Shown: positions 12,924 to 26,479 of the stretch, piece after piece
Layout: each line of letters opens with the position of its first letter
Numbering within the stretch: position 1 is the first letter of the stretch
The notes under the pieces: generated by a model
Databases searched by the model: none
Told to the model about the DNA's origin: nothing
Seen by the model: only the letters and a program-made list of their open reading frames with translations
Source: Camelus ferus
Taxonomy: Eukaryota
DNA: 64,000 nt
NCBI RefSeq assembly: GCF_009834535.1
Contig: NC_045707.1
Span: 52,640,001 to 52,704,000, forward strand
Reading direction: 5' to 3'
Program-made: the position numbers and the translations under genes

Positions 12924-13292
12924 TATTGTGGACCGAGTTGTGCCCACACCCCCACAAGTTGACAGACTGACGTCCAGACCCCAGTGCCCAGAGTGGACCT
13001 TATCTGGAGATAGGATTTGAGAGAAGGTAGGACGTTAACAGTGAGGTCATTAGAATGGGCGCTGGTCCAACACGGGGAGACAAGAGGAGAACTTCTGGAC
13101 AGACTCACAGGGTGGAAAGACATTGTGAGGACGGAGAGAAGACTGTCTCCAAGCCAAGGAGACAGGCCTGGAACCGGACCTGCCGACAGCTTGATCCCAG
13201 ACTTCCAGCCTCCAGAACTGCGAGACAGTAAATCTGTCGTTCAAGCCCCCCAGTCGGGGTCCTCCATCCTGGCCACCCTGGAGGGCTGCGCA
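12924..13292 (+). mobile_element. MaLR LTR (MLT1A/B-like)
   Basis: Characteristic blocks gaccttatctggagatagg, gtgaggtcattagaatgggc and gacttccagcctccagaactgcgaga. Confidence 0.75.
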
Positions 13293-13559
13293 GTGGTCAG
13301 CGAGGGGGCACCCGTGCGGACTTTTACTCCTGACCATCATTATAAAAATCAAATGCAGTTGCGTGTGTAACAGTTACGTGCTTCTTAACTGACCCAGGAT
13401 GATGGGCAGGACAATTATGCAGACCTTTAGAGACTGACCAGTCCTAATTACCTGAATAAACCTTGATAACCCGACCCCCTGAGGCAGACAGAAGGGCTGG
13501 TGGTTCTGTACCCGGACCTCATGGTGACAAAACAGAGGCCTGTGCCCCTCCTGTTCTCC

Positions 13560-14870
13560 TTCTGTCCTTCATTCATTCAGAACGCAGCCCCCTGCTTGTG
13601 GAACTGTTTGCAACTAGAAATTGCTAATTGCTTCCCTGTGGTGTCGCTTTACACACCCCTGAGCCCTTCCCTTCCTTTCATCTGCTGGTTAGTTTCTAGA
13701 GACTGTCACTTCCAGGTTCAGTTTTTTGGCAAGGAAACTCTGTCGGTGCCGCTGTCCTGTCCCCACTGCATGCCATCAGGTGCTCAGCTGTCCCTTCTTT
13801 TGTGGTGTCCGTGTTTTAACAGCCTGACCCAGCTCCCACAGCCTCTCACCTGTCGGCGTTGTCAGCTGCTGGGGACTGTGCGTTCTGCTGTTTTTACCTG
13901 GGTGTGCAAAACCATGATGTTTTGTTCTTCCTCTGCACTTAATGACTGGAATTTTTCCATAAGGAAGAATTTTTATTATCATGTATTCTGTTATTCTGCT
14001 GCATAATTTATAGGAGAAGCACGAGAAATCCTTGCTACTTTGCTATTATTTGCCAATTTTCAGAATGCAGTGACGGCCTGCTAACCTCCAGAGTTAACTG
14101 GCGTCTGCGTGCCTTTGCTTTAATTAGCATCCCGTGGATTTTCACGTACTTGGTGCGTCTCAGTTCATTGCAGTCACCGCTCTTCTGAAAGCTCCTGTTG
14201 TCCCGGCTTTGGCTGAGGGAGCACATTCATTTGGCTCCTGTGAGTTTGTGACCCCAGAATTCTTTCTTGGCGTCTTTGCTTTCAGCTACACTGTATTCCA
14301 GACTTATGCGTTTTCTGCCCCAGACCTGGGATCAGTCATTTGTCAAGGAGTCTTGGTTCTTTTCAGTGGGAAATACTATTTAGATACCACAATCTGAAAA
14401 CTAGGCATGTTTCTCATAACTGAAATAATCATCGCTCTGGGCCTGTCCAGTCCAGAGAGGGAGAGGATGCATGTTATTAAAAGAAATTCATATAATGAGC
14501 TCACATTGCTATTCCCCGTTGAAAGTTAAGACTACGGCCCTTTACACAGAACATTTGATTTTATGCTTAGAATGTCGGTTGCTAATGTCATTCATGTGAT
14601 TATTTATTTGCTTTATCTTATGACGTATATAATAGTTTCAAAAACAGGAATATGATTTTATTCTTAAGGATTTGGGGGTTGGTTGCGGTTTAAGACACCA
14701 CTGTCGGCTCTTTGCGTCGCTGGGGATCTCTGGGTAATTTTCCTGGGCGGTGTGCCTTCCTCCCTGGCTGCGGAATCGATTTGCGTGCCCCCCACAATTC
14801 CCCAGAGTATGACACACTTTCAGACTTTGTTCAGTCTGGTTGGTGAGAAATTGTATCTCAGTCTAGCTTT
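13560..14870 (-). mobile_element. Old L1M (L1MC/ME-like) fragment
   Basis: Degenerate antisense L1M 3' blocks (ttcttttcagtgggaaatactatttagataccacaatctg; ggtgagaaattgtatctca). Appears to continue at 22172. Confidence 0.45.
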
Positions 14871-15394
14871 TTTTTTTTAAAAAGCTTTCCTTTGTAAACT
14901 TATGTATTTTATTTTATTCATTTGGACCATTATTTTGAAAAGAGGTCTGTGGCTGGGGCTGTGGTCTGGAGGGGCCTTGTTAATACTCTGGACCTTTTAC
15001 CAGCAAGAAAGAAAGAGTTCCCAGTAAGGCTCTTACACAGGAGGAAGTCAGGTCACTTTAAATTTCTCCTACACAAAATTTTTTAAACAATTTTTATTGA
15101 GTTATAATCATTTTACAATATTGTGTCAAATTCCAGTGTAGAGCACAATTTTTCAGTTACGCATGAACATATATATATTCATTGTCATATTTATTTCTCT
15201 GTGAGCTACTGTAAGATCTTGTATACATTTCCCTGTGCTATACAGTATAATCTTGTTTATCTATTCTACAATTTTGAAATCCCAGTCTGTCCCCTCCCAC
15301 CCTCTGCCCCCTTGGCAACCACAAGTTTGTATTCTATGTCTATGAGTCTGTTTCTGTTTTGTATTTATGTTTTGTTTTTGTTTTTATTTTTTTT

Positions 15395-18300
15395 TTAGAT
15401 TCCACATATGAGCAATCTCATATGATATTTTTCTTTCTCTTTCTGGCTTACTTCACTTAGAATGATGTTCTCCAGGAAAATCCATGTTGCTGCAAATGGT
15501 GTTATGTTGTAGGTTTTTGTGGCTGAATAGTATTCCATTGTATAAATATACCACTTCTTCTTTATGCAGTCATCTGTTGATGGACATTTAGGCTGTTCCC
15601 ATGTTTTGGCTATTGTAAATAGTGCTGCTATGAACATTGGGGTGCAGGTGTCATTTTGAAGTAGGGTTCCTTCTGGATATATGCCCAGGAGCGGGATTCC
15701 TGGGTCATATGGTAAGTCTATTCCTAGTCTTTTGAGGAATCTCCATACTGTTTTCCACAGTGGCTGCACCAAACTGCATTCCCACCAGCAATATAGGAGG
15801 GTTCCCTTTTCTCCACAGCCTCTCCAGCATTTGTCATTTGTGTGCTTCTGAATGATGGCCATTCTGACTGGTGTGAGGTGATACCTCATTGTAGTTTTGA
15901 TTTGCATTTCTCTGATAATTAGTGATAATAGATCATTTGTATTTCTTCCTTGGAGAATTGCTTGTTTAGGTCTTCTGCCCATTTTTGGATTGGGTTGTTT
16001 GGTTTTTTCTTATTAAGTCATATGAGCTGCTTATATATTCTGGAGATCAAGCCTTTGTCGGTTTCATTTGCAAAACTTTCCTCCCATTCCATAGGTTGTC
16101 TTTTTGTTTTACTTATGGTTTCCTTTGCTGTGCAGAAGCTTGTAAGTTTCATTAGATCCCATTTGTTTATTCTTGCTTTTATTTCTATTGCTAAGGTAGA
16201 CTGTCCTAGGAGAACATTTTTGAGATGTATGTCAGACAATGTTTTGCCTATGTTTCCTTCTACGAGGTTTATTGTATCTTGTCTTACGTTTAAGCCTTTG
16301 ATCCATTTTGAGTGTATTTTTGTGTATGGTGTAAGGGAGTGTTCTAGCTTCATTGATTTACATGCTGCTGTCCAGTTTTTCCAGTAACATTTGCTGAAGA
16401 GCCTGTCTTTATTCCATTGTATATTCTTGCCTCCTTTGCCAAAGACTAGTTGACCAAAAGTTTGTGGGTTCATTTCTGGGCTCTCTATTCTGTTCCGTTG
16501 GTCTATATGTCTGTTTCTGTACCAATACCGTGCTGTCTTGATGACTATAGCTCTATAGTATTGTCTGAAGTCTGGGAGAGTTATTCTTCCAGCCTCTTTC
16601 TCTTTCTTTAGTAATGCTTTGGCAATTCTAGGTCTTTTGTGGTTCCATATAAATTTTATTATGATGTGTTCTAGTTCTGTGAAATATGTCTTGGGTAATT
16701 TGATAGGGATTGCATTAAATCTGTACATTGCCTTGGGCAGTGTGACTATTTTAACAATATTGATTCTTCGAATCAAGGAGCATGGGATGTCTTTCCACTT
16801 TTTAAAGTCTTCTTTAATTTCCTTCATCAATGGTTTATAGTTTTCTGTGTATAATTCTTTCACCTCCTTGGTTAGATTTATTCCTATGTATTTTATTACT
16901 TTGGGTGCTATTTTAAAGGGGATTGTTTCTTTACTTTCTTTTTCTGTTGATCCATGGTTAGTGTAAAGAAATGCAATGGATTTTTGAACATTTTCTAGTA
17001 ACCTGCTACCTTGCTGAATTCTTTGATTCGTTCTAGTAGTTTTTGTGTGGACCCTTTAGGGTTTTCTATATATAGTATCATGTTATTGGAATACAGTGAC
17101 ACTTTTACATCTTCTTTGCCAATTTGGATCCCTTTTATTTCTCTCTTGCCTGACTGCTGTGGCTAGGACTTCCAAGACTATGTTCAATAGGAGTGGTGAT
17201 AGTGGGCAGCCTTGTCTTGTCCCAGATTTTAGTGGGAAGCTTTTGAGTTTTCCATGGTTGAGTACTATGCTGGCTGTAGGTTTGTCATCTATAGCTTTTA
17301 TTATGTTGAGATATGTTCCCTCTACACCCACTTTAGTGAGAGTTTTTATCATAACTGAGTGTTGAATTTTATCAAAAGCTTTTTCTGCATCTATTGAGAT
17401 GATCATGTGGTTTTTGTCCTTTCTCTTGTTGATGTGATGTATTACATTGATTGATTTGCATATGTTGAACCACCCTTGTGTCCCTGGTAATGAACCCCAC
17501 TTGATCATGATGTACAATCTTTTTTATGTGCTGTTGGATTGTATTTGCTAATATTTTGGTGAGGGTTTTTGCATCTATGTTCATCAGTGATACTGGCCTA
17601 TAATTCTCTTTTTTGGTGGTGTCTTTGCCTAGTTTTTGTATCAGGGTGATGGTGGCTTCATAGAATGAGTTTGGGCGTATCCCCTCCTTTCCAATCATCT
17701 GGAAGAGTTTGAGAAGGACTGGTATGAGTTCTTCTTTGTATGTTTGGTAGAATTCCCTGGTGAAGCCATCTGATCCTGGACTTTTATTTGTAGGGATTTT
17801 TTTTTATTGCTATTTCGATTTCATTTCTAGTGATTGGTTTGTTCAAGTGATCAGTTTCTTCTTCATTCAGTCTTGGTGGACTGTATATTTCCAGAAACTT
17901 GTCCATCTCCTCTAGGTTATCCATTTTGGTTCCATATAGTTTTTCATAATATTCTCATATGATATTCTGTATTTCTATGTTATTTGTTGTAATTTCTCCA
18001 TTTTCCTTTCTTATATTGCTAATTTGTGCTCTGTCTTTTTTCTTCTTTGTGAGTTTGGCCAAAGGTTTGTCGACTTTATTTACTTTTTCAGAAGAACAGC
18101 TTTTGGTTTGATTAATTTTTTTCTATGGTTTTTTTAATCTCTATTTATTTATTTCCTCCCTGATCTTTATAATTTCCTTCCTTCTGCTGCTTTTTGGGGT
18201 CTTTTGTTCTTCTTTTCCTAGTTCTTTTAGTTGGTGGGTTAAATTGTTTATTTGAGATTGCTCTTCTTTTTGAGGAAGGCATGTATCTCTATAAACTTCC

Positions 18301-19187
18301 CTCTTAGCACTGCCTTTGCTGTGTCCCATAAATTTTCTGTGGTTGTGTTTTCATTTTCATTTGTCTTAAGGTAGTTTTTAATTTTAACTTTGATTTCATC
18401 ATTGACCCATTGGTTTTTTAATAGCATGTTGTTTAATATCCACGCTTTCCTATTTTTCTCCTTTGTTTCTCTGCAGTTGATTTCTAGTTTTATGGCATTG
18501 TGGTCAGTAAAGATGCTTGAGATAATTTCTATCTTCTTAACATTATTGAGGTTTCTTTTGTGCCTAAGTACGTGATCAATCTTAGAAAATGTTCCATGTG
18601 CACTTGAAAAGAATGTATATCCTATTTTGGGGGGGTGTAATGCTCTGAAAATATCTACCAAATATAATTTTTCTATTGTATTATTTAATTTCTCTGTTGC
18701 CTTATTTATTTTCTGTTTGGAAGATCTGTCTAGTGATGTTAATGAGGTGTTAAAATCTCCAACTATGATTGTATTCCTATCAATATCCCCCTTTATCTCT
18801 GTTAGTAATTGTTTTACGTACTTAGGTGCTCCTAAATTGGGTGCATTTATATAAATGAGTGTAATATCCTCATCTTGTCTCACTCCTTTAATCATTATAA
18901 AATGTCCTTCTTTATCTTTCATTATGGCCTTTGTTTTAAAGTTTATTTTGTCTGAAACCAGTACTGTTACACCTGCTTTTTTTGGCTTTTCCATTTGCAT
19001 GGACTATCCTTTGCCATCCTTTCACTCTCAATCTATATGTGTCCTTCTCCCTAAAGTGGGTCTCTTGTATGCAGCATATTGAAGGTTCTTGCTTTATTAT
19101 CCAGTCTGCCACTCTATGTCTTTTGATTGGAGGATTTAGTCCTTTAACATTTACAATAATTAATGATAGATGTGTGTTTACTACCAT
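15395..19187 (-). pseudogene. L1 ORF2 (APE endonuclease, reverse transcriptase, C-terminal Cys-rich region), broken by frameshifts and stops
   Basis: ORF-track fragments contain NVKGLN..ICCIQETH, GDFNT and FTDHN (EN); [26 protein letters not shown] and [12 protein letters not shown] (RT); [18 protein letters not shown] (C-terminal). These are split over at least 7 ORFs. Confidence 0.95.
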
Positions 19188-19494
19188 TTTGAACTTATTT
19201 TTGCAGTTGATTTGGTATTTCCTCTTTGTGCCTTTCTTCTTCCTTTTGTGGTTTGGTAATAACTGGTTTTATTAAACAGAAAGTAATATAAGCTCAAACC
19301 CATCCTACTGAGAACAAAAAATTTTTAAAAAGAAAGAAAGAAAAATACTCTATAGTTTCTTGCTTCCCTCTCCTACTCTTAATGATTTAGATGCCTTCTT
19401 TTACAATTTTGTGCTTATTCTATCTGTAATTCGTGAGTTATCATCTTTCCAGTTATGAGTTTCTCATTTCTGTAACTTCCTGCTTCTTTTCTAT

Positions 19495-20372
19495 TTAGAG
19501 TAGACCTTTCAATATTTCTCTTAGCATGGGTTTAGTGTTGCTAAACTCTTTTAGTTTTTGCTTGTCTGTGAAATTCTTTATCTATCCTTCTATTGTAAAG
19601 GATAGCCTTTCTGGATAAAGTATCCTAGGCTGCATCTTTTTTTCATTCAGGACTTTGAATATATCTTGCCACTCCCTTCTGGCCTGTAGTGTTTGTGTAG
19701 AGAAATCAGCTGAGAGCCTTATTGGGGTTCTCTTGTAACTCACTCTTTGATTTTCTCTTGCAGCCTTTAGGATCATTTCTTTATCCTTGACTCTGGCCAT
19801 CTTGATTATGATCTGTTTTGTTGTGGGTCTGTTTGGGTTCTTCCTGTTTGGGACCCTCTGATTCCTTCTTTAAGTTTGGGAAGTTTTCAGTCATGATTTC
19901 TTCCAACACCTTTTCAATCCCCTTTGATCTTTCTTCCCCTTCTGGAACACCTATTATGTGTAGATTAGCATGCTTTATTTATCCCATAGGTCCCTTATGT
20001 TGTTTTCATTAGTTTTTATTTGTTTTTCTCTCAGCTGTTCTGATTGGTTGCTTTCTGCTGTCCTGTCTTCTAGGTCACTTATTCGTTCCTCTGCATTACC
20101 TAGCCTGCTTTGTACAGCCTTTAGATCAGCTCTCATCTCAGCCAATGAATTTACTAATTCTACCTGGTTCTTCTTTATAGCTTCAATTTCATTTTGACAT
20201 ATTTTATATCTCTAAACACTATTTCTTTTAGTTCCTTCATTACTTTGATCACTCCGTTTTTGAAATCTTGATCTAGTAGGCCATCAATGTCTATTTGATT
20301 GATCATTCTTTCAGGGGATTTCTCTTGCTTCTTTAATTGGGAGTGGTTCCTCTGCTTCTTCATCTTGCTCAT
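19495..20372 (-). pseudogene. L1 ORF1 (RNA-binding protein), frameshifted
   Basis: MSKMKKQRNHSQLK start at 20372; ILKAARE...PIRLSADFSTQTLQARREWQDIFKVL..QPRILYP (19582-19800); terminal EILKGLL* with stop at 19495-19497. Confidence 0.9.
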
Positions 20373-22159
20373 ATCTCTCTGGCACTATGGCTTAAGGAGT
20401 ATCAGTTATCTATTGTGGTCCTTAAGGTCCTTTTTTTATTTATCTATCTAATGCCTATGCAGGAATAAAACTTTTTTAAAAAGAGAGAGAAAGAAAATTT
20501 TTAAATAAGGGAGAAAAAAAGGTTTGAAAACAGTGTATAATCAATAATAAAAGAGCAATTTGAATCAGACTAGCAATTGAGTTGAGATATCTTTTTAAAA
20601 ATCTTAAAGAAAAAGAAAAAAATACCAAAAAACAATATTTGAAACCTGTTTATAATCAATAACAAGAGATCAAAACCAAGAGAAATGAAAATGAAATCAG
20701 ATGGATTTTTAAAAATAGTAATAATAAAAATATTTTAAAAGAAAAATTTTAAAGGGATTAAAACTGGAGACATATACAATTGTTTAAAAAGTAAAAATTA
20801 AAAAGGTAATAGAAAATAGAACAGATAAAAAAAGATTTTTAAAAAAGGGCAGGGTGTTCTCCTGGAGACTGTGTGCTATTAAGAAGCCTTTCTGTCTTCA
20901 CCCTGTTTTGCAAACTCAGGTTGCTGTTTCCAGAGGCCCTCCATTGGCACCCTCATCTGTGCTGCTCCCAGTGCCTGTCGGTAAGCAGATCGTCCCCCCT
21001 CCCAACAGTGGGTCAGGTGTTGAGCTCTTACCGGGTGGGTAGGCGGGTCACTCCCCCATTCCAATGCCGCAGTCAGATGCTGTGCTTTGTCGAGGTAGGT
21101 GGGCAAATTGCACCTCCTCCTAGAGCTGCGGTCAGGGGCTGTGCTCCTGCCAGGAAGGCAGGTGGCCACCCACCCTCTCCTTGTGCCTGTCACTTCACGG
21201 CTCTGTTCAGCTGCCTGCTCCACCTCTGGTAGGCGCTCTGTAGTGGGCCTCAGGGAAGACCACAGAACAGACCTGCCCCTGCTCCATGCCAAATCTCAGC
21301 TCCTCATTTGTCATGGTGGCACGAGTTCTCTGAGGTGCCAGGGCAGAAAGATCCTGTCTGCCTTGGGCTGTAAACAGATCTCAGTCCTGCCTAGGAGTTT
21401 GTGGAGCCCCAGGTACAGGTCCAGGTCTCGGCCCTGCTCCTGCCCCTGCCCCTGCCCCCACCCGGGCACTGTGCATAGGAGGACATGGTGGCTGTGGCTG
21501 CGCCCTGCCTCTCTTCTTGTGAGAAGCACCAGTAATGGCACTGCGAGTCTGAGGAGACAAAGGCTAGGCATCTCCCCCCAGGGCACACCAGCTGTGTTGC
21601 TTTGCTTTTTTCATAATTTATGGGGGACTCAGGTTGTTCTGCTCTGTATCCCCTCCCAGCCACAGTGCACAGCACTCTGAAGTCCCTGGGGCTGCTCAGT
21701 GCAGCTTCCCCAGTCCTCTGCCCAGCTCGGGCAACCTGTCCCAGCCCCCAGCTGCTGGCTTGCATCTCGGGCTGGGTGTCGCAGGGACCCTCTGTGCCTG
21801 TTTAACTTAGTTCTGTCAGTCAAGGGATGCTCCATGCAGATCCGAGCCTCAGAGGCTCCCCCTCAGTCCCGCTGGCCTCTCCATTGGAGAGAGGGAGACC
21901 CAGCAAATGAGCGCTAGTCCTCCTTTGCCACTCCCTCTCCATTGGACCTGTCCTGCACTGTTTCGCCTTTTCTTCTTTCTTTTTTCCTTTTCTCCTACCA
22001 GATTTTTGGCGTCTTTGTCTTTTGAAGAGGGTGATGTTCTGTCAGAGCTCAGCAGGTGTTCTGGTTGGCTGAGTGGGTCCGTGAATGTGAGTTTTGGTGT
22101 ATTTGTGGGAGAAGGTGAGCTACAAGCGTCCTTCTACTCCACCATCTTGGCCCCCTCTC
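20373..22159 (-). promoter_or_regulatory. L1 5'UTR / internal Pol II promoter
   Basis: Lies upstream of ORF1. YY1-type CAAGATGG motif at 22142-22149 (minus). GC-rich part ~20846-22159 and AT-rich block ~20430-20845. Confidence 0.8.
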
Positions 22160-22171
22160 TCTCCTACACAA

Positions 22172-23030
22172 CTTTTTACTCTAATTTCTCCAGTAAGGAG
22201 TTAGATTGAACATCTTTTAAATTTTAAAGGCCATTTGCAGATCTTTTTTGTGAATAATCTGTTCCTATATCTTGCTTATTTTTCTATGCATTTTTTTCTT
22301 CTGCTGCCACAGTTTTCTGGTCTACTTTTGGAAACTTCCCTGGGACTAGCAGTGCTTTCTCATATGGATTACAAGTAAATATTTGCATTTTTAAAATCAC
22401 GTTGTTTATTTTCATTTTTTTCCGGTAGAGATGTTTGGGGTTTGTTTGAGCAGTAGAATTTAGCCTTCCCCTCTTGTTACTTCTGATTTGTGAGCTGCAA
22501 AGATTTCCCATTCCCAGGTTTGTAAGAGATCCTCCCAAGTGTCTTCTAATACTTTTAACATGGTATTTATTTGTATGTTCATCAGTTCATTAGTTTTGCA
22601 TTTAATTCTTTGAACCTTTTGGTTTATCATGTTTTTTGTTAGAAACGGATCCAATTCTACCTTTTTGTTTATGTTGTTTTTCCAGTTACTCATTTTTCTC
22701 TCAGAAGTCCACCTTTCCTTTACTGATTTAAGATGCAGGCTTTTCATAACACATCAAGTTACAGAAATTTCCAGGTGCAGTTGAGTCTTCTCTTGGATTT
22801 TGTATTCTGTCCCATTGGTCTTCCTGTTTATTCTTGCAATGTCAGCATGTTTAATTGCAGAGTTTTATATTATTTTTATGTCTGGTAGTACTAGCCTTCT
22901 TATTCAGTCTTCCTGGCTACTTTTGCTTCTTTGTTCTTCCCAATGGACTTTATTGACCACTTTTCTAGCTTTAGAATTTTTTTAAAATCTCATAGTATTT
23001 TTCCCTAGTCTTGCATAAATTTATAGTTTG
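22172..23030 (-). mobile_element. Old L1M ORF2 remnant
   Basis: Degenerate antisense L1 blocks (gaacatctttt...ggccatttg; tattctgtcccattggtc). Confidence 0.5.
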
Positions 23031-23599
23031 ACTTATTGTATTTTCCGCTGCCTCCTCCTTCTCTGTCAATGACTTTATAACTTTTGCAATAAAATTAGCA
23101 CACATTCAATATAAAATAATACAGTCAATACAGAAGAGGTAAAAAGAAAGAGAGAAAGAACCATTCAGACCCCAGATAAAATAATTTTATTAAAACGGAA
23201 TCTTTTTATTCATGCTGTATATTAAATTTTAAAGTTACATTTGTTTTTCTTAATTGTAATAGAGGGAAAAAAGAAACTAACATGAAACTGAAAGAAACTA
23301 TTCTTGATCAGGAGAAATATTAATTCTTAAAAGTTCTCTTTAACATTGGAGAAAATATTAAAAATTAAATTTAGATATTAGAGTCATTCTTCAAAAGAGA
23401 TTATCACTTGCATACCGGCAGCTAATGGTGAAAAATTGGTACTCACGTGCTTCTTCCTAACCCCCCTCCTCTGCATCGTGGTTTTCTTATTTGTTTTTTC
23501 ATTAGAGATACTATGTTTTTTAATGTGTCAGGGTTTATAGCACTTTTCACCTGTGCTGTGGCTGTATTACCTACCTAAATTGCATAATTTTAATTCTGT

Positions 23600-24450
23600 T
23601 TTCAAATTGATTTGAATCTGTCCTATTATGCATTTTCCACTTTTGAATTATTTTGGTGCGTCCCCTAAATGGATCTCATCCTGTAGGAGTTTCATCAAAA
23701 AGTCCTCATTGTAACTCCACTGGCTGAGGTTTTTCACGTTGGAGACTCTCTGGTGGTTGCCTTTATCCCTGGGCACCTTAGTGATGAAACCGGGTCATGT
23801 TAGTAGGAGGAAGGCTATACTGCAGAAACCAACCTCAGAATCTTAGTATCTTAGCCCAGGCCAGGTTTCTCTCTGCTCCACACAGTCACTCAGGATCCAC
23901 ACCGTGATACAGAGAAAGGGGAGAATCCACAGTCACTCACCTGCCTGGCTCTCCAGTGACACACGTCACTCGTCTCTCCTATTTTGGCCAAACTTGACAT
24001 TTGGCCTCAATCCGACTGTCGGGAGGCTGAGGACTTAGCTGCATGTCTGGACGCTATAACCACCTTCACCTGTGGCTCTTCATTGATAATGTGAAGAAGT
24101 CTGACAATGGCTTGTTCCCCCATGTGGTTTATTTATTTCTATTTCCTGAATACCTGAAAAGTCTTCCTTTACTCTTGAAATTCAGATCCTCAGTAGAACA
24201 AGTACTGTGGAAGTAATTCTTCAGTTTTTGGCCCTAGAGTACTGCTTAAATCAAATTCAGATTTTTCCTTGATTTCAACCAATTTTTATTCTGCCACACA
24301 TCTGAACATTTTCTCAACTCGAATTGTCCTTTTACATGTAACCATGTTTTCTTTTACTCTTCTCATTTCCTTTGATCTGCTTTTTTTTCTTTTGAAATCA
24401 CCACAAGTATCTAGCTTTCTTCTGCCATCATAGATCAGCATTTACTGTCT
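23600..24450 (-). mobile_element. Old L1 ORF1/HAL1-like remnant, apparently interrupted by an MLT1J/K-like LTR (~23797-24060)
   Basis: gtgaagaagtctgac...ttcctttactcttgaaattcag resembles antisense ORF1. tgttagtaggaggaaggctatactgcagaaaccaacctcagaatcttag resembles an old MLT1 start. Confidence 0.4.
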
Positions 24451-25394
24451 CTACTCTGTGAAGCTGCTCCTGAGCTATGGAGTGGAAATGCAAGTCCTCA
24501 GAGCTCTCCTCAACCTCCCTTTGGTACCATTCTGTCATTGAACCATCCTGCCTTTCAGCTCCAGTTTTCATGGTACTATAACTTTATTAAATTCTTCTTG
24601 AACCTGAGAAGCTCAAAGAAGTGCTTCCTTTTCTGCTCTCATTTCTTCCCAGACCGGATTCCTGACCCGTGTGCCGTGTGCTTCCCCTCGAACCCCAGCC
24701 CTTCACACCACGTGAGCAACTTGCTGGGACCTTCCTTCTCCTCTTGGTGGAACAGGCTCCCTGCTCACACTGTCTGTGCTCTCTAATTTCATGCATGTCA
24801 ATTCCTCCTCCTCCTCACAGCTCTGATTTCAGGCTGGCTACTTCCTGTTTCATCTGTTTTGCTGGGGGCTAAGCTGGGAGGCTAGGGGGAGGGCGTAAGG
24901 CTGTGGGAGCCCAGAGAAGATCACATAGTCATTACTAGAAGGCTGGGCACCATACCTCCTTCTGAGATGGTGTTGAGTATGTCAGGGTTTGCCTTATCAA
25001 GTGGGATGTGTGTTATATTTTCAAATAAAGACACCTGTTAGCTTTGAATCGTTCCCCAAACCCAGTCAGTCCAAAAGGCTTTGCTTCTGAATGAGGGAGT
25101 CAGCCTTGTTGACCACTTGCCTCGGGTCACATTCTCTGCAGCATTCTCACTGCCCCATTAAGGAAATTGAAAACAAGAGGGTCTTTCCTAAGTTCTGTAA
25201 GTTTCCTTCAGATGACTTTACTAGACTTAGAGGTCAGCCATGATTCTCAGTTTTTGTTTATTTCTCTTCTTAGCTGCTCCCTGTTGGTGCTGCTTCAAAA
25301 CATTGTAGTTGCTGTTTCATTAAGTCCTGGGCCACGGGGTGGGGTGTGATCTGGCTTCGCCCCACCCCCATTACTCAGAAGTCTTCAAGGACGT

Positions 25395-25582
25395 GTTTCT
25401 GAAAACATGGCAGTGGAACAACACACAGTGGAAGCCTTTGGATGCTTCTTACACGTGTGGACTCCTGGCTGTCCTCCAAGACAGACACACCGAAACTCAG
25501 TCTCTGGGAATGAGGTCTAGTTTATGCATTTGAAATAAATTTCCTGGTGGATGCTGGTTGCACTAAAATTTGAAATCCCTGG
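25395..25582. mobile_element. MER5-like hAT-Charlie MITE
   Basis: cagtctctgggaatgaggtctag..tgcattt..ttcctggtggatgctggttgcactaaaatttgaaatccctg resembles MER5 from memory. Confidence 0.5.
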
Positions 25583-26479
25583 CTATGAAATCTTCTACAT
25601 TTTCTGTTTCCAGCCCATTAAGGATTCTAAACACAATATTTTTCTTTCCACTAACCTTGCAAAATATTCTCTAACTGTGGTTTTGTAACAAGGAATGAAG
25701 ACGCTCCATCTTGGTATTAAGGGATGCCCACAATTCCATGCATCTGCTCAGCCCTGTTTAGGAGGGAAATGATCTGATATTCTCACCGCAGACAGCTCTT
25801 AGATAAAGACAAAATATATACAAAGTGCTGGTGTCTGCACACCCAGAGGCCCCGTTAATGTTAAATAATCATAATTTGAGCTAATGCCTGGATTTGTGTA
25901 GAGCAACAATATGTACTAATTAGTGCTAAGTTTTACAGCTTTCTCGAGAAATGAAGGGGTTGTATCACTTTTAGGTGAACCACAGGAAGCTCAAGTGGAA
26001 CATAATAAAGGTTTACTTCCATTTTAGAAAATTGCAGTATTGTCCATCAGCATTAACTCCATTTACAGCGCAACTAACCTTCTTACATATCTTCTCAAGG
26101 AAGTGTCTGATTGCATCGCCTCTGTAGTTCTCAAAATCTTGTACGAAAATACTAAAGATGTACACGTAAAACAAAGGGAGTAAATACAAATGTAATTTCT
26201 GTCCTGGTAAAACTATAAAGAAAAGAGAATTTGCAAACCAGCCTTCATCCTGTTCCCTCCATGGATGTCTGCTCCTGCCTCACGCTTCTAGGAGCTTCTG
26301 TATAAAGACGACTTTTAACCCAGGATCTGGCCCCTTTTGTGGCTGATGCTAGACACAGCTCCATGTGCCACTTTTCCCAGAAACATCAGAACATAAACCA
26401 AGTTTCCTTTGATGTCATCAACTTTTGAGTAGAAATTCAGTTCCTTAAAAAGACAAATGTAAACTGAACTACAAATATT

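Larger units (their letters stand above)
15077..22159 (-). mobile_element. Full-length (~7.1 kb) lineage-specific LINE-1, decayed
   Basis: TSD TCTCCTACACAA at 15065-15076 and 22160-22171. The minus-strand 5' flank has an L1-endonuclease-type T/AAAAA site. 5' end GGGGGCCAAGATGG. ORF1 and ORF2 fragments are in order. AATAAA on the minus strand at 15093-15098 and a short A tail. Confidence 0.96.

Noticed and set aside
15395..20372. Retrotransposition-competent L1
   Set aside because: Multiple frameshifts, stops and small deletions in both ORFs.
21099..21680. 193-aa antisense ORF in the L1 5'UTR as an ORF0 analogue
   Set aside because: GTG start in GC-rich sequence where several other frames are also open. 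One decayed copy gives no evidence of coding constraint.
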